Position numbers and translations under genes: made by a program. This document shows, piece by piece, positions 28,790 through 43,284 of a stretch of 64,000 nucleotides of DNA. Origin of the DNA: Trichoplax sp. H2 (lineage: Eukaryota); contig NOWV01000032.1 in NCBI GenBank assembly GCA_003344405.1, positions 434,001-498,000 on the forward strand. Reading direction: 5' to 3'. Every line of letters begins with the position of its first letter. Positions within the stretch are counted from its first letter, which is position 1. Under the pieces are notes generated by a model. That model did not search any database. It saw only the letters and a list, made by a program, of their open reading frames with translations, and had not been told where the DNA came from.

Positions 28790-30580
28790 TCCACAAGTAT
28801 TTGTAGTTCGTATGATGAAACTACCAGTCCGTTCTATTAAGCTTTTTGAATTTCCCTTTTATTCATAGACCCGAGTTAAGTATATTATCGCATGTGATAA
28901 TAACACTCAATGAAGAAACCGTGATGACTGAATAAGATATAGCATGTACATCGTTGTATTCTCTAATTAGTTGTTAACGAGGAGGAATAGATATAGATAC
29001 ACTCTATCTAGTAAGCTTATTAAATCTGCCTTTATTTAAGAGTCATGTACAAGTCTTTTATTAATAGCATATTACTAGGTTCTCGAATTGTGGCAGCCGT
29101 AATACGTGTATTGTAGTTTAAATTAATTGAATGTGTTACGATTTTGCTATGGTTTTTCGCCAAACTTTTAGTCTCGCTCCGGTTATCTGAGAGTTTAAAA
29201 CCATTTGTGCGCTATAAATCTAACAATGACCAACCAGCGTGCGTAGCAATGTTCAAGACATAATACTATTACTACATACAATTACGGCTGTTGCAATGAA
29301 GTTATTTCTACGAAGAATTTGCTTGTTATAAATGTTAATTTTACCAAGATATAAAGGTGCTGTTAACAAATTTTGTAAGTTATTATTAGAGATGGCAAAT
29401 TCCGGCCCTCTAAAGTTGTTGTTACTGATATATTGTAACGAATATTAAAGCTATGACAAAACTATTTAACTACTTCTTTGCTCGCTTCAGTACTTTACTA
29501 CATGTTGCTAATATGTATACTTTAAACGAGTTGAGCCTGAGACTATAATAAACATACGTGCATGCCTTAAGCAGACCTATATACCACCTTACCTTGCCAC
29601 CACAGTATTGTACTTTGCTTCGGTAATACTTAAATACAATTTTTTATAAATATCATACAGATATTTAAAGTATTATATTAAAGTTTACGGTCTCTATTAA
29701 ACACACACGCGAAGTATCACGAACAGAATAACTTAGAGCTTACAGTAGGCCCAATCATTTCCCTATAACATATCCAGAAATGCTGCTAAAGCAGCTCTAT
29801 ACCTTCAAAATAATACACTTGTTCAAACGTATCTGCCAGTTCTTAACAAAATTAATCAGATTTCGCCGTACACTTATCTTAGTTTCGTTAAAACTTGGCA
29901 AATTTGTATGGACAAATATAATAAAGATATATAGCTGTTTCAACAGTATTTTTGGAAATGTCACAGGGAAATGACTAGCGTTTAGTCAGTAAAAAGTCAC
30001 AGATTTATTGCTATACAGTATAGTACAATATTATATTACAGTATTAATCTGGTAAATAACTATATATACAACTAACGCTATCTTTGTAATGGATTATCCA
30101 GATTAAAATATTAAAAATGTCGTGTCCGACTATTTTCGCGGCGATATTACTATACACTACAACCGTATCTGTACACCATACTGTGCAAAACCAACCTGGC
30201 GGCTAAAATTTGGAGGACAGTCGTGTACACTATATAGTATAGCGTATAGTATACATCACTAGTAGCTAGGTAGGTGCCGTAGGTCGACTTCTGAACGCTT
30301 TAAAGTATCTTGCATTAAAGGCTTAAAATGAAACTTATTGTAAAGAGGCATTAATCTAGAGATTCTGCTTGGTTTATTTAACATGAGAAACGTATGAATT
30401 TATAGAATATCAAAAATTGCTGATATAGCAAGATGTATTGTATTCAGAAATTTTACAGTTCGATAATGTTGAGTAGGTAACAATTAAGCAAGACATTTCA
30501 ATCTTAATTTAATCTTAAAATCTTGTGCTTAGTAGATCCCTTTAGTTACAATTTAGTAATACAGTATATCAGTAGCTTAT

Positions 30581-33500
30581 TCATATGTATTCAATGTATG
30601 CCGTCGGAACGTAACCGATATCCTCATTTATTTGCACTTTGGTCCACCCTGTTTGTCCTGTGTCTTCTTCTAAAACAAACATTTGAGTTCCTTCGAATAC
30701 AGTCAATTCTCCAGAGCTGGTACCTATTAGAAGGTGTTCGAAACGAGTTATAGATGCTAATGGTCTTTGTATAACGTAGAAGCATAGCAATATTACCATC
30801 AAAGTCGTAGAGGGCTTTACATATTCGATAATCAGAGGTAAAATTTGCAATATCAGTATTATCTTTCTTCATAACCAATTCATTGTTACTTGAAGAAATG
30901 TCATTCGCCATCGTTGAACCCATATCCGACGTATCAGAACGGGTATCGCATTCAACGCTATCTTCGGGGATCATTTTAGGAAAATCAGGAGGAAGTAATT
31001 TGTCGATGTCAGCTATCATTACCTAGATATGCATAGTACAGAAAAGCATCTTTCGTAATTGGCACACACAATAGGTAATATATGCAAATTTACGAAGAAA
31101 AATCAGAATATCAGCAATGACTCCTTACTTGCAAATTATAGCGTTCTGTATTCTTCTGGTTGATTTCTCGAGCGAGGTAAATTAACTCTTTCTTAACCTT
31201 GTTAACATCACCATAGTTCGGATTTTCGGAATAAGCGTTGTAAAGTTTTAGGGCTCCGTTTCTATGCATAACATGACAGGTTTAGCTAAGCGCTGGCGTA
31301 TATATAAAGAGGAAACATCATTTACTAGCGATAGTAAAGTAGCTAACCTATTTCTATTTAATTGTTCTAGAGCAGTTTCAAGTTCCGTGATTTTGGTTAA
31401 AGCTTTTTTCTTTTTCTTCTCAGGTGGATAGGCTTCATAATCCTTGTCATCTTCCTTTTGTAATATTGCATATGAATGAAGCATGTGAGTACATTTTCGA
31501 AGTTTCGTGTACTTCACGAAAAACAAACCTTCTTTTTTTTAGAAAAAAGTCCAGTTACGACCGAAAATCCAGCCGCGATACTGAGCTTGTTTATTTCACG
31601 ATTAGAGTTTTCTTTATATTCTTCAAATACTAGGTCTTCTGGTAAGACAAAATCCGATCCATTTTCACTCGCTACCATTTCGGCATCCTGTTATTCAAAT
31701 TCATATTAATTTTCTGATACTTACTTTCAGGTCAATGTTCATCTGTTACCTTTTCAGCGTCAATCGATTGTTGGATTGTTGTCATTTTGTCATAAATATT
31801 ACTTAATGACGGTAAATTATTCTTATACACTTCAATATATTCACTTAGATATTTACTGATTTCGTTTGTTCTGTTAATATCGCAACGTTGCATGTCCTAG
31901 TATGTATAAAATTTACTTCCCATCGTGTAGAAGAGCATCTTAATGAATATATTCTTACAATACCAATAGAGTCTAAAGCTATTATAGATAGAAATCTAGT
32001 ATCGATTTATAGAAAATACTTTTAAGATGTCAGGCAGATAAGTTCCATAATGCAATGCTTTCCTTTCATTAGCTTGACATAGTTTTTCTTTAGTCTCGAT
32101 TTTGCTATCTTCGGCAGCTTTTGCTTTGGAGGCGGCAGTGTTTCTCATCTTCATAAAGTATGGTAAGTAAAGCAAAATTCTAAATTAAACAAATTCAGTA
32201 ACATTTAATAGCATGAACGTTCGCAAAATTACTTTATCCAGTTGCGCTTTCGTTGATTTCGTATCCGCTTCCGCGTTGTGAAAAGTTTTGGTTGCTATTT
32301 CAGCCTCCCTACAAGCACGCTCATAATTCTTTTTACTCTATACAATTCGACAAGATATTTACGATAAAAATAGATTAACTCAAGAATAATAAGTTATGTA
32401 TAATTAATACCGGTACTATAAACATTTAAACGTAGAACAAGTAGTTACAATAACGAATTATAAATCTTCAATTTCATTAATTACATGTCCGACGTATTAA
32501 ATATATCGAATTATTTCAGCTTGACCGTAATCGATTTTAATAGTAGGACTATTGACTGTATCGCTATTTGATATGAAGGTAAGCTATTAAGGAAATATTC
32601 TAATTATGGTTAGTTAAAAGTGGTTAATCAGGATTCTGATCGTACCATATAGAGCGGTATATCTTACTACGACAGCACGATGATACGTTACCTACTATAC
32701 AGCGACATTTGACTTCAATTTTTTAGCTATTCAAGTTGATCATTAAAACATCAAGTATTCATTTACTCAATTTTCATAAAACATACCATAATTTAACAAT
32801 GCTCGTTTAAATTTTAACTTAGTGAACAAATATATTACAGTGTGGAATACGACTGGAATTTAGATGTTATAGGACAGGATTATTCACCGTACCGTCTCTG
32901 CTGCCTTGTAGTGGGATTCCAGTTGAGATTTTATAGCTCCAATGTCAGTCGTATGCTGTATCAATAAAGTTAAATTAAGTAAGTGTGCTAGGCTGAAATT
33001 ATATACAACTTTATATATTTTATAGTAGGAATAATAGAAACTACCAATCTTCTAACGTTCTTCAGTTCTATTAGCAGTGAATTTAAAGGTTTTAAGACTC
33101 TTTCTACCAGCTGATCTACCATGAGTTCATGCTCGGATGCGATATTTTCGGTTTCATTGATTAAATTATTAAATGCCATGATAGCTGTGCCTCTAAAATT
33201 TAGAATTGAGAAAGTTTAGTTCATATCAAGATATGATTACACTGCCGATTTATTTGCAATGCTAAACGTAATTCTTTCTTAGCCATTTAGGCAGTTAAAG
33301 AATAGATAAGCAAGTCATATGCGTCCATGAATCGAAGTGAGTATTCTGAAACATGGTTGCTTTGTGAGAATTTGGCATCATCAAATCATGATTCTACGGT
33401 ACATCGATCATACTAGCAAATGAGTAGTACGGCAGGGAGAAGGGTAGACGATGCTTTTCTGTGGTTGCTTGGTTATGTGATTCTAATATATCAAAGCATC

Positions 33501-36411
33501 TAGTTTTATTAAATAACTCCATGCAAGTTTCTCATTTTGTAGTTAAAGAAGTTCTCGATTGACGAATAATAAATAATATCATATTAAATAATCATTTGAT
33601 CACCAAATGAAATGTAGAAGTTATCGCTTATTCTCCAGAATTTGTACAATTAATGACCGAGTAATGTGTGAACGATTAATTGCCTGAGATTTAACAATAT
33701 ATAATAAATTTGCATAGCACGAATGTAGCCAAATATAATTACCATCTTTTCATTAGTTCGTGTGATGAAATCGATTTCCTGATTAATTAAGCAAATTTCA
33801 TACTAACACATGCCTGAAGTCGTTTGAGACAATGGCTCGAAGAGGACGTATACACTGTACAGTAATACATCGTAAAGTTTATGACCCATTCAGAGAGCTC
33901 ATACCGGAAATACAGTACAGTATAATTCTGTGCACAATATTTAACATCTAGGTGATAATTCGTAAATGTAATGGAGATTACATATCAATTCACTATATTG
34001 TCAATAAATTCGATCAAATCAGTTTGTTGCTGTGGAAGTAACTAATAAAAATTTCTTCTTCATATTCTTTTAACAGTAGTCAAACCTGTTCGCGCTTCTA
34101 ATGAGCCTAGGCAGTTTATATCGTTAGTACTGACCACTTTTTTAGAAGGCAGAATGCACGAGTGTGTAAGCGACTGCTTCATTAATAGTTTAATATTACG
34201 GGATATTGGTTTCAAATAGCACTTCTACGATGCATAGCAGAATCGTTTTTACAGAAATTCGTGTATCACCACCGACATAACAATGCATTGATACTTAAAA
34301 ACCAATTTCTAGATAACCTATAAGTGACCTCAAATTCTGTGTTCGTAACCAAAAATGCTTACGTTTTATTTCGTTATCATATGATATTGTTCTTTCTCAT
34401 TACTACGGTCAAAAATAAGATAACTGTAATCTTACTAAGCAAGCCTAATAGGCTAATTGAGATTTGTTTTTATCACATGTTGATTCGGCGGATTTATTTT
34501 AGCGGAATGTTTTCTATTTTCTGCTTGGTATCTGTTCTATTAACTATGCACGCATTACTGCACTAAAAGATTCACCATGTCTTTAAAGCAAGTTCTGGAC
34601 TATCAGAATTTATAAGTATTTGGCATACATACGCAAGCGTGTGTTATAAGTATTAATTGCTCTATCGAGCTGTGTCGCCATTTATCTGCGGCATGTTTAG
34701 TTTGTATCAAAGCTTCGCATAAATCTGAATAGTGATTCTGAAATGGTAATGATAATTACCACGATTGTTTCTGAAAAAATTGATCAAGGTTGAATACATG
34801 ATCACAGTTCTTTCGATTGATTTCATTTACATTTCAATTAAATTGTGTATATAGCAGCAATAATAAGGGACAAAGTACATTACCAGTATAGAGCATAATC
34901 AAATCTCATAATAGATCAGGAACTTCCCGATTTTTTACCCAATAGGCCTGCGAGATCCCGCTGAGATGAAGGGGCATGACTCATGATTACGAATTACGGA
35001 CTAAGGACTTGAGTAAGGCATGATCTCGAATACTATACATCCTAAATCAAATAGCCTAGAAAATAGTACGGAAAGTGAATTACTTACGCATCCCTTAATT
35101 TATAACCCAGAACTTCAATCGCTCATTGTTCAATTTCTCCGTACTTGATTTCTTTACTATTTAAATTATCAAGTTTTGGCGTCTGCAATCATAGCTGACA
35201 GTCTTAATGATAACTCAATATGGAGCAATAGAACGATAACTTAATTTATCGGTCTTTCTGTCGTCACATTTTTACTCATTAACGCATCAATCATCCCATC
35301 CGTCCAAGGGTTGTGAAATACCCATATTTCGATCTCGTCTTCAATTTTAATATGGTTCAGGTCAATTATAAATATAATTGTATAACTTTGAGGACATCTC
35401 TAGATTCAACTGACGATACACGCAATTTGAATTAATTAATTTACAGCTAATGCAGTAGGATCTCTATATTTATGCAGACATGAATAGCATTTACTCACGT
35501 GAATTCTATCTTTTCAGAATTTTACCATAGACTACTAAGTTTTAGTGTTTAAGGCTGTACTTGAAACGGTATCAGTAGTAGTAGTATCTTACAAACCAAT
35601 AGTCATACAGTCCTGCAGTATATAATCACAGGGCATTTGGTGCACACAGTATTTCGTCATAACTTAATAAGTTATATCAGAATTGCACTTGTGATTCCTT
35701 CTGCCATATCAACGCTTTACTATATATAGAAGTTATTGATTACATCAAGTAGTATTACTGTACGTTTACTGTACAGTATGTGTACAGTATTAATAATGCA
35801 GTACTGTACAGTACAGTCAACGAAATCAGGGTGAAGTACAGTATGAGAAAGCAAGTTTTTTAATGTCATATAGTATTTCTAATACCGACCTTCCTTCTAA
35901 GAAATCATCTTTCATTTGACGGCCCTTAGCTGATTTGATCAATTTTCTGTTGTATCCAATAGAAAGTTTTAAAGCAGATTACATATTAATCAAATACTAA
36001 ATTTGCTATATTGATGCTGTATATATACTGTACCTTAGATCCTTCGCATACATACTTTCCAGGTTACTTTTCTTTTTAACAAAGTTAGCTATTCTGTCTA
36101 CAAAATCCACTGCTGCAGCAGTATGTTTTCCTAATGCATCGGTATCACCCTGTAAGGTTATAACATTTATAATTAATCATACATGTACTGTATTATCCAA
36201 ATGACGTCCATACCAACTGATGTTAATATGAATCTTGATGCTTCGACAAACTTTTTGACTTTCATTAAATTTTTAAACATCTAAATGCTCAATAATATAA
36301 TTAATCTATTGGCGTACTTCAAGTACAACACAGTCTTAATACTCGCATTAATGATTTCCTTGTACTGTACAATGTACATACCAATAATTGGGAACTCCAT
36401 GTCAGATCCAT
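30581..36411 (-). CDS. FNBP1: F-BAR/HR1/SH3 protein of the FNBP1/TOCA-1/CIP4 family, multi-exon
   Basis: Exon 1 MDLTWSSQLL (36411-36382) splices to GDTDALGKHT...SMYAKDLR. F-BAR exons include LINETENIASEHE and KKNYERACREAE. HR1: YPPEKKKKKAL, YSENPNYGD. SH3: CKALYDFDG...GELTVFEG...GWTKV...GYVPTAYIE*. Confidence 0.88.
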
Positions 36412-36632
36412 GATTAATCCTTTTAATAATGTGGTGTTGAAATCTAATACAGTGATACAGTCTACAAAACTGTACCACTACAAAAGATACGTGTATAATC
36501 TTACAAGAAAATCAAACAGATACTGGTAGGTCCCCAAAATTTATTACGGTACACTATGCAACGTAGTGACCCTAGGGCGTCGAATCGCGGTCATCGAAGA
36601 GAAGTTTTCTTCTTTTGCTCATGCCCGGCGAA

Positions 36633-37748
36633 ACTGTACTGTACACTCAGTGTACAGTACACTAGAGCTCTTATACTGTATACAGTATAGTACAGTACAG
36701 TACAGGTACCCGCGAATTCTACAGTAAACAGTCAAGTTATTACGAAGGGGTACATGATAGGGATGTGCAAAGTCAACCCGAAACCTGTCTAACCCTTTAA
36801 ACCCGACTCGAAGGCGCGATTCGAGATAAGAATTTCTACGGTGATACAGTGTCTGTATAGCGATTGCACTCATTTCGGGTTAGAAAATCAACAATTTGAT
36901 CGAGTTTTATCGGGTTCGGGTTACCATTTCACTCCATTGCACAACACTGGTACATGACGAACTGTACTGTACAGTATTGTATGTAATATACCAGGCATCA
37001 ATATGAAGATAATAAAGAACAGTGAGTAAAGCACTGGATGTCAGAAGTACGGTACTGTATACTTGTATAGTAGTGTTGAAGATAAACTGCCTTCTTTATT
37101 GAGTAGAAACTTGTTTACACAGTAGAGTAGAATATTTCGGTTTATAAAACAGTGTTAATGTTAAGATATGGCTGTAATAAATAGTTTTCTTGTTGTCTAA
37201 TATGCTGTCGCTATTGAGATGGAACAACATAGCACAATCAACAATGTGATTGTATGGGTATTGATTCCAACCGAGCGAGTACATTAAAGTAAAAAGCACA
37301 AGTACAGTACTGTATATTATGTCTTTAAATTTTAAAGAAATGCACATTAAATTAGGCTCAAATTCCATGCAGACAGATCAGTACAACCTTGAGCAATTGG
37401 CTCTTGATGCTTTTATTACTTTTATTGCAGTATGTATTGAGTAATTTTATTTCTTTAAAGTTTCTAATGCAAAATATCAGTCACCATCATATCCGTCAAA
37501 TGGTGTGTCATGGTAGTACGCGAAGTAAGGGTATAACGTGCAGTGGCTCATAATCCTACTGATTCAGTCCTACCTGCACGTTACCCATTACTGTACTCTA
37601 CTGTACTGTACAGTACAGTACTCTACTGTACTGTACAGTACAGTACTCAAATTCATATACTGTATTGTACTTTACTATACAGTAGGTCTCTTACTCTTGT
37701 TCATACAATACTAGCAACTACTGTACTGTACAGTACTGTACTGTACAA
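36633..37748. repeat. GTACW satellite tracts in the divergent FNBP1 / GT31 intergenic region
   Basis: Tracts at ~36633-36708, ~36960-36975 and ~37590-37748. Confidence 0.85.
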
Positions 37749-38037
37749 TACTTTTTAAAAAAGCTTGCGATTAATCGCTAAACCGCACTGATCGAAGTAC
37801 TGTAAGCTTTTGCTGCATAATTTACCACGTTCATTATTTCTTACCATAAATCAATTTCCGTTCGATGTTATGGTGGACAAATTTTGATTCCTTGTTTTGT
37901 AAGACATACAGTGCTATCGTTTTATGGATCAAATACTGTACAGGCGTTTTCTAGACGTTTCTTTCATAATTTGATTGACTGTTCTATATTATCTTAATGA
38001 ATCGTGGTTAAGGTCGTACGTATATGATCGTTTAAAG

Positions 38038-39072
38038 ATGAGATTTAAAGTTTCCAGAACATTCATGATCATTCTCATTATCTTGAATGTGATTTTACTA
38101 TTTAAATTATATACCAGCCGGTGGAACAAGACAAATGAAACTTCCATAAAAATATCTTTGCCTGTTCGTTATCAAAAGATTTTACGAGCGACAAGAGAAA
38201 AGGTAATTCAAATGAGCCCTAACTTCGAATTTTTTAGTCGTCGTCCAAGTGCGAAAGGTTGCAAAACACGCGCGTTTCTATTAATGGTGATCAATTCAAA
38301 TCCTCAAAATTTTGAAAAACGTAATGCTATAAGAAAGACTTGGGGCAACGGCTCTGATTATAATAATTTATTAAATACCACTTACGCATGGAGGACAGTT
38401 TTCATAATAGGCCGAAAGGCCTCGGAAGATGTTAACCAGAAGATTGAAGAAGAATCCGTAAAATATGGGGATTTAGTATTAGGTGATTTCATTGATCATA
38501 TGAAAAATCTTACTTTTAAGACTTTACTTGGTATGCGGTGGGCAAATAGTTTTTGCAAGCCTATGTTCCTGTATAAAGGTGATGACGACGTCTTTGTTAA
38601 TGCCCCACGTTTGTTCCAGTACTTAGTCAAATTGGCGAATGAAAATACGACAAAGTTATGGCTTGGTCGGGCTAACTTCAAACCTGGTGAGCGCATTCCT
38701 ATTCGTGACAAGAAGCATAAATACTTTGTATCGTACCAAGATTTTAATGAAACGTTATTTCCTGCATTTTGTTCTGGATTCTCTTATATATTTTCTTACG
38801 ATGTTTTGAGAGATATGTTATTAGTGGTTAAATACTTTAAGAAGTTAGAAACCATCGACGATATTTATATTTCTTTATTGGCAAGGAAAATTGGAGTAAA
38901 ACCGACACATCATAAAGGGTTTCATTGGTTTAACCCACCCAATCCTAATCATATGTTTACAGTGTACGAAATTAGTTCCAGGTTTGCTGAACATGATATT
39001 AAACCTAATCAGCAGGAAAAACTGCTTAAAATGGCTAAAGTGGGTATGAAATTGTTTCCTAAGGTGTATTGA
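38038..39072 (+). CDS. Beta-1,3-galactosyltransferase / beta-1,3-GlcNAc-transferase (GT31), type II membrane protein, intronless CDS
   Basis: N-terminal TM (FMIILIILNVILLF); motifs RNAIRKTWG, EESVKYGDL, FIDHMKNLTFKT, YKGDDDVFVN (DxD), FCSGFSYIFS and IDDIYI. Confidence 0.93.
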   Translation: MRFKVSRTFMIILIILNVILLFKLYTSRWNKTNETSIKISLPVRYQKILRATREKVIQMSPNFEFFSRRPSAKGCKTRAFLLMVINSNPQNFEKRNAIRKTWGNGSDYNNLLNTTYAWRTVFIIGRKASEDVNQKIEEESVKYGDLVLGDFIDHMKNLTFKTLLGMRWANSFCKPMFLYKGDDDVFVNAPRLFQYLVKLANENTTKLWLGRANFKPGERIPIRDKKHKYFVSYQDFNETLFPAFCSGFSYIFSYDVLRDMLLVVKYFKKLETIDDIYISLLARKIGVKPTHHKGFHWFNPPNPNHMFTVYEISSRFAEHDIKPNQQEKLLKMAKVGMKLFPKVY

Positions 39073-41126
39073 TATAGTTCGTTTGTATGCGAGATGAGTA
39101 TTCGTACGGTAGAAATGTATCCACGGCCTAGCCTAAATACAAGATACAGTATGAAGTGTTTTGCTAAGATTGCTATAATGGTAGATTTATGTATGTATTG
39201 TATTAAGTCCGGTTCTGCTTATTATACTGTAAGTGGTAATTGAGAATTCTCTTTAAGTAGTTTACGTACTCTTCTAGGTTTTGGAAAATTTTGGTTAATT
39301 TGATTTTGTATCGTAAAGTTTTGTATGAAAATAGTACAATTTAGTACTACAAAAGAAGTTTTAGTTAACTTTCCTTTTCGGCAGGCCTACAAACATGCTG
39401 AATTTACAATTACAGAAGATATTGTTATTGTCTACAGCTTTTTATGTACAGAATGTAACAGTATGTATAAATCAGTCACGATCGGATTTTTTTGCATAGA
39501 AAGGCATAAGTCCAAACATCTCAGATATTAATTTCGTTAATACTGCATTAATGTTTGATGAGTCAGTACCGCAGTTATGTAATTGTGGCTAAGTGCCAGA
39601 ATCACTATCTTGATCGTCTCACCTACACTTGTTGGAAATTTTAATTTTTATATAACCAAGCCCTTCTACCCTTTAGGTTAGTTAGTTTTGTTTCTGTGGT
39701 TTTTGACTACTTTAGCTGATATACAGTTACAACTGCACTATTCGGCTAGCTAATAAATTGTTTTATTGTGCTTTTTACTTTATGTGTTTATTATTATTTA
39801 CTTCGACAAGCACAATAATCTAAATTCTGTACGTACGGTAAACTGACGAAATAAAGGACGATTTGTCTTGGCTTTTTAAATTGATATAGCAACGAATAAT
39901 GTATGATATTGTTTATATTAATTAACGTTCGGATTAAATTCCATACTCATTTCACAGTACATTGACTGTACATTTGAGTGAGACTAAGGTAAATGTCTTC
40001 TGTTGCTGGTATCATCAGTATGAGACACTACAGGTTAAATTGTATACAGTGCTACAGCTTATAGAAGTAAGAGTCATTTCAATATAATCTATTTTATTTC
40101 TTACATTAAAAAGCTTAAGTTAAATACTTAAGTAGCCTGAACTGCAAGTCCATTACCTAGGAATAGAGTGAAATAAGTACGTACAGTTATGTGCTTGTTC
40201 TAATCAATACATGTTGAATTGCGATACATTCTACCACCGTAGTTAGGTAAAACACTATAGTTAAAGGCAGCATTTGCAAGTCGAATATAGTTAACTTTGA
40301 CATTTAAAAATTAAGTTTTGGTTTATACATACGCGGATAATAAATTTTGTGTAATCATATTATATTGCACCTATATTCTAATATAAACTGTTTTGTATAT
40401 TTTACTGTCATTGACTAATGACAAAAGATACGCGAATTTATTATTGAAAGCTAATGACTAAACCGATTATTGTCAATCAAGGCGATAGACTTTATGGACT
40501 TTTCGTAAATTGCTTCAACAGTTAAGAGGAATCAAGATGCCCAATTGTACGCTTAATCCATTTATTTTAGTTTTCATTACGTAGTAAACAAATTTAATAG
40601 TTGGCCAATACACGCTTTTTTGGATGTAATAAACCATGTCTTCTAATAATATTGATTAGTTTGATTTTATTAGTACAGTACAGTAATTGCTATATTAGCA
40701 GAAGTAATGAATACGAAAGAGAATAGATTGGCTAATAAAAACTCGTAAATGTATTATTATAATTAAATTATCAATTGAAAGAATTAAAAGAAATTAATGC
40801 ATTATTTACACTTCATTCTAGGAAGTGAAGTTGAAATCTAAAATCAGTATCGGGAAGAGGCTAATTTAAACATGTATACTATTTATATTAAGCTAGAATT
40901 AGCTCTATAAAATAGACCGGTACAGGGTTAGCATTGTCATCTTCAATGCTTGATAAATTCTCTGTCCGAAACAAGTGATGCCTTTGAGTAAAGCAATTGT
41001 TTTTACAATCCAAAATTTTATGATTTCAGCGTATCTGAATGAAGTTTAAATATGATTTTTGTCTATTTGCTATAGTTACCATTTATGAACACTGATAATT
41101 AATAAGATTAATTCATCAGTTCTACG

Positions 41127-43284
41127 CTAAGCTCTCTTCACTGATTCCATAGCTTCGCAGAGGAAAATATCTATAGAACGGCGACAAAGCACCGACGTAA
41201 AAAATATTTCTTCGATAACTTTAGAGCTAATAGAGCGTAACATTAATAATCTTAAAAGTAGATAACCAAAGCGGGATGGTTGATCTGGATATTGGCTTTT
41301 AACATGCTGTTTAAGAGCACATTGTATATTTTCTTGAATATATTCGACATAATTTGGATTGACTAATCCTCGAACATCTAGTAAAAAGTGATTCCCAAAA
41401 AAAGGTTATCCAGTAACTATCATAAATTTACAACAAAAATATAGGAAAGCTATTTTATTTCAGTTTACCTGGGTTAAATAATATCAATGCCTTTAAGCAA
41501 GAAAATTCCGTTGTGTCAATAAATCTTTTCTTAAGTTTCACAATAGCTTCTTGAAAAAGGCATATATGATGCATGACTTCTTGAGGGTGAGTTAGGTAAA
41601 AGTTACTGGTTGTGGAGTATGGAAACATGTTCAATGGTGGAGACCATTGGGCAGCATTCAAAATGAATAATTCAGACCAGCAAGATCTAAGCAGTGTCAT
41701 TTGATCGGTACAACTAGTCATCTCTGAAAAGTAGGGTAGTTTAACCGTCCATTCCACAACAGAATAGAGAATTCGCATTGAAGATTGGCAGATAGCCTCA
41801 AATCCGATAAAACCTGATTGCAGTTGCAGACTTCTACTAGAAAGTACTAATGTCTCAGCTGCGACGAGGTTCTTAATAAGGCTATTTATTGCTGTTTCTG
41901 AATCTGGTGTCATTTCTTTCTCGGTTTTACCAGAATTACGATCGGCGCGAATGGTAGACGTGTGCCTTTCTTTTTGAACGGCTACAATAGTAAAACACAC
42001 TTTGTAAATTTTTCGACTTTCATACCGCATAATTGAATAATCAGTTAACTTAATGCGAGATAAGTTTACAGCGTAATCTGCTATGTATTTACATACTGAG
42101 TACACAGCAGCAGTCAGCAACTAACGATTACAGAATGTCATTAATATTGCATAGTGCAACAAGCAAGCAACGGATATTAGTCAGTATACAGTAGTATATG
42201 ATTATTATTAGCTTTTTTATCTCTACCATTTACAGTATCCACACTATTGAATTATATAATTGTCTACTCAACTGTACAGTACTGCAGTATACATGTACCC
42301 TGGTACACCCTCCGGCACTAAACTGGTTTATAGTATACTTTTATAGAAATTAGTTATGTACTAGAGAGAGACGTTTCTTACCTTCTTTTCTCATTCCCAC
42401 CTTGAAGCATTTCTGCAGTCGACAAAACTGGCACTTCAAAATAGGGAAATTGATTAATTATTACAATTTGGCAGGAAGTGAGTAACACTATTTATTTACA
42501 CAGGCTAGCTATCATATGAAAAATAATTTTTTAAAAATCGTTATTATGTACAGACACTACTAAATAATATGCTGTACCGGTAGCTGTACGAAGTACAGTA
42601 CAGTATGTTAAACTACTGTACTGAAATTAATTAATAACATTAACATTAGATATTAGTGATATTACACTGGCCACGAAACCCGGCGTAGCCAAACTGGGCT
42701 TTTAACTCTACGTTTCAGTGCTACTGTACTGTACTGTACAGTATACTGTAATTAGTCTACAGTATACAGTACTGTATACCGGCCGGGCAGAAAAATGCGT
42801 GAAGCTAAAAATCTTACTGTACTGTACAGTACAGTACAGTACACTAGTACAGTACAATATAGTAATTTATGAAAACATTTTAGATCGATTCTAAAAACTA
42901 GAAAACACGAATCCGGTCTCGGTAAATTAAGAACACTGTAAAAATTATAATTATTAATGTAGATCCGCGAAGTGTAGCTAATTGATAAACTCGTCCTATT
43001 TCCGGATGGATACCTTGCATTTTTACTATGCTATCTCATACCTGATTTCGGTTTGCCTTTGTGATTTTGCAGGCATTCGCTGAACATGTACACGCATACT
43101 TCATGTTACGTCTCACACTACGTTTAAAAAATCCTTTGCAGCCCTCACAACTGATAACACCGTAATGTCGACCATTGCTTCTATCCCCGCAAATTAGACA
43201 ACAAAGTTCCTTGCTTAAAGATTTAGTTTCATCTTTCGCAGCCGCGGTTGGAGAATCGATGTATTCACTTGATCTTGTTGACAT
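41127..43284 (-). CDS. NR2F: Nuclear receptor, COUP-TF (NR2F)-like, 4 coding exons
   Basis: [35 protein letters not shown]...[89 protein letters not shown]. Confidence 0.9.
42720..42856. repeat. GTACW satellite tracts in the first coding intron of the nuclear receptor gene
   Basis: CTACTGTACTGTACTGTACAG... and ACTGTACTGTACAGTACAGTACAGTACA. Confidence 0.85.

Noticed and set aside
38496..38711. Antisense ORFs overlapping real exons (also 19295, 25563, 26366, 30523, 31476, 51911)
   Set aside because: Shadow frames of genuine coding exons with no recognisable motifs.
38038..39072. Intronless GT31 gene as a retrocopy or horizontal transfer
   Set aside because: Animal GT31 coding regions are commonly single-exon, and composition matches the host.
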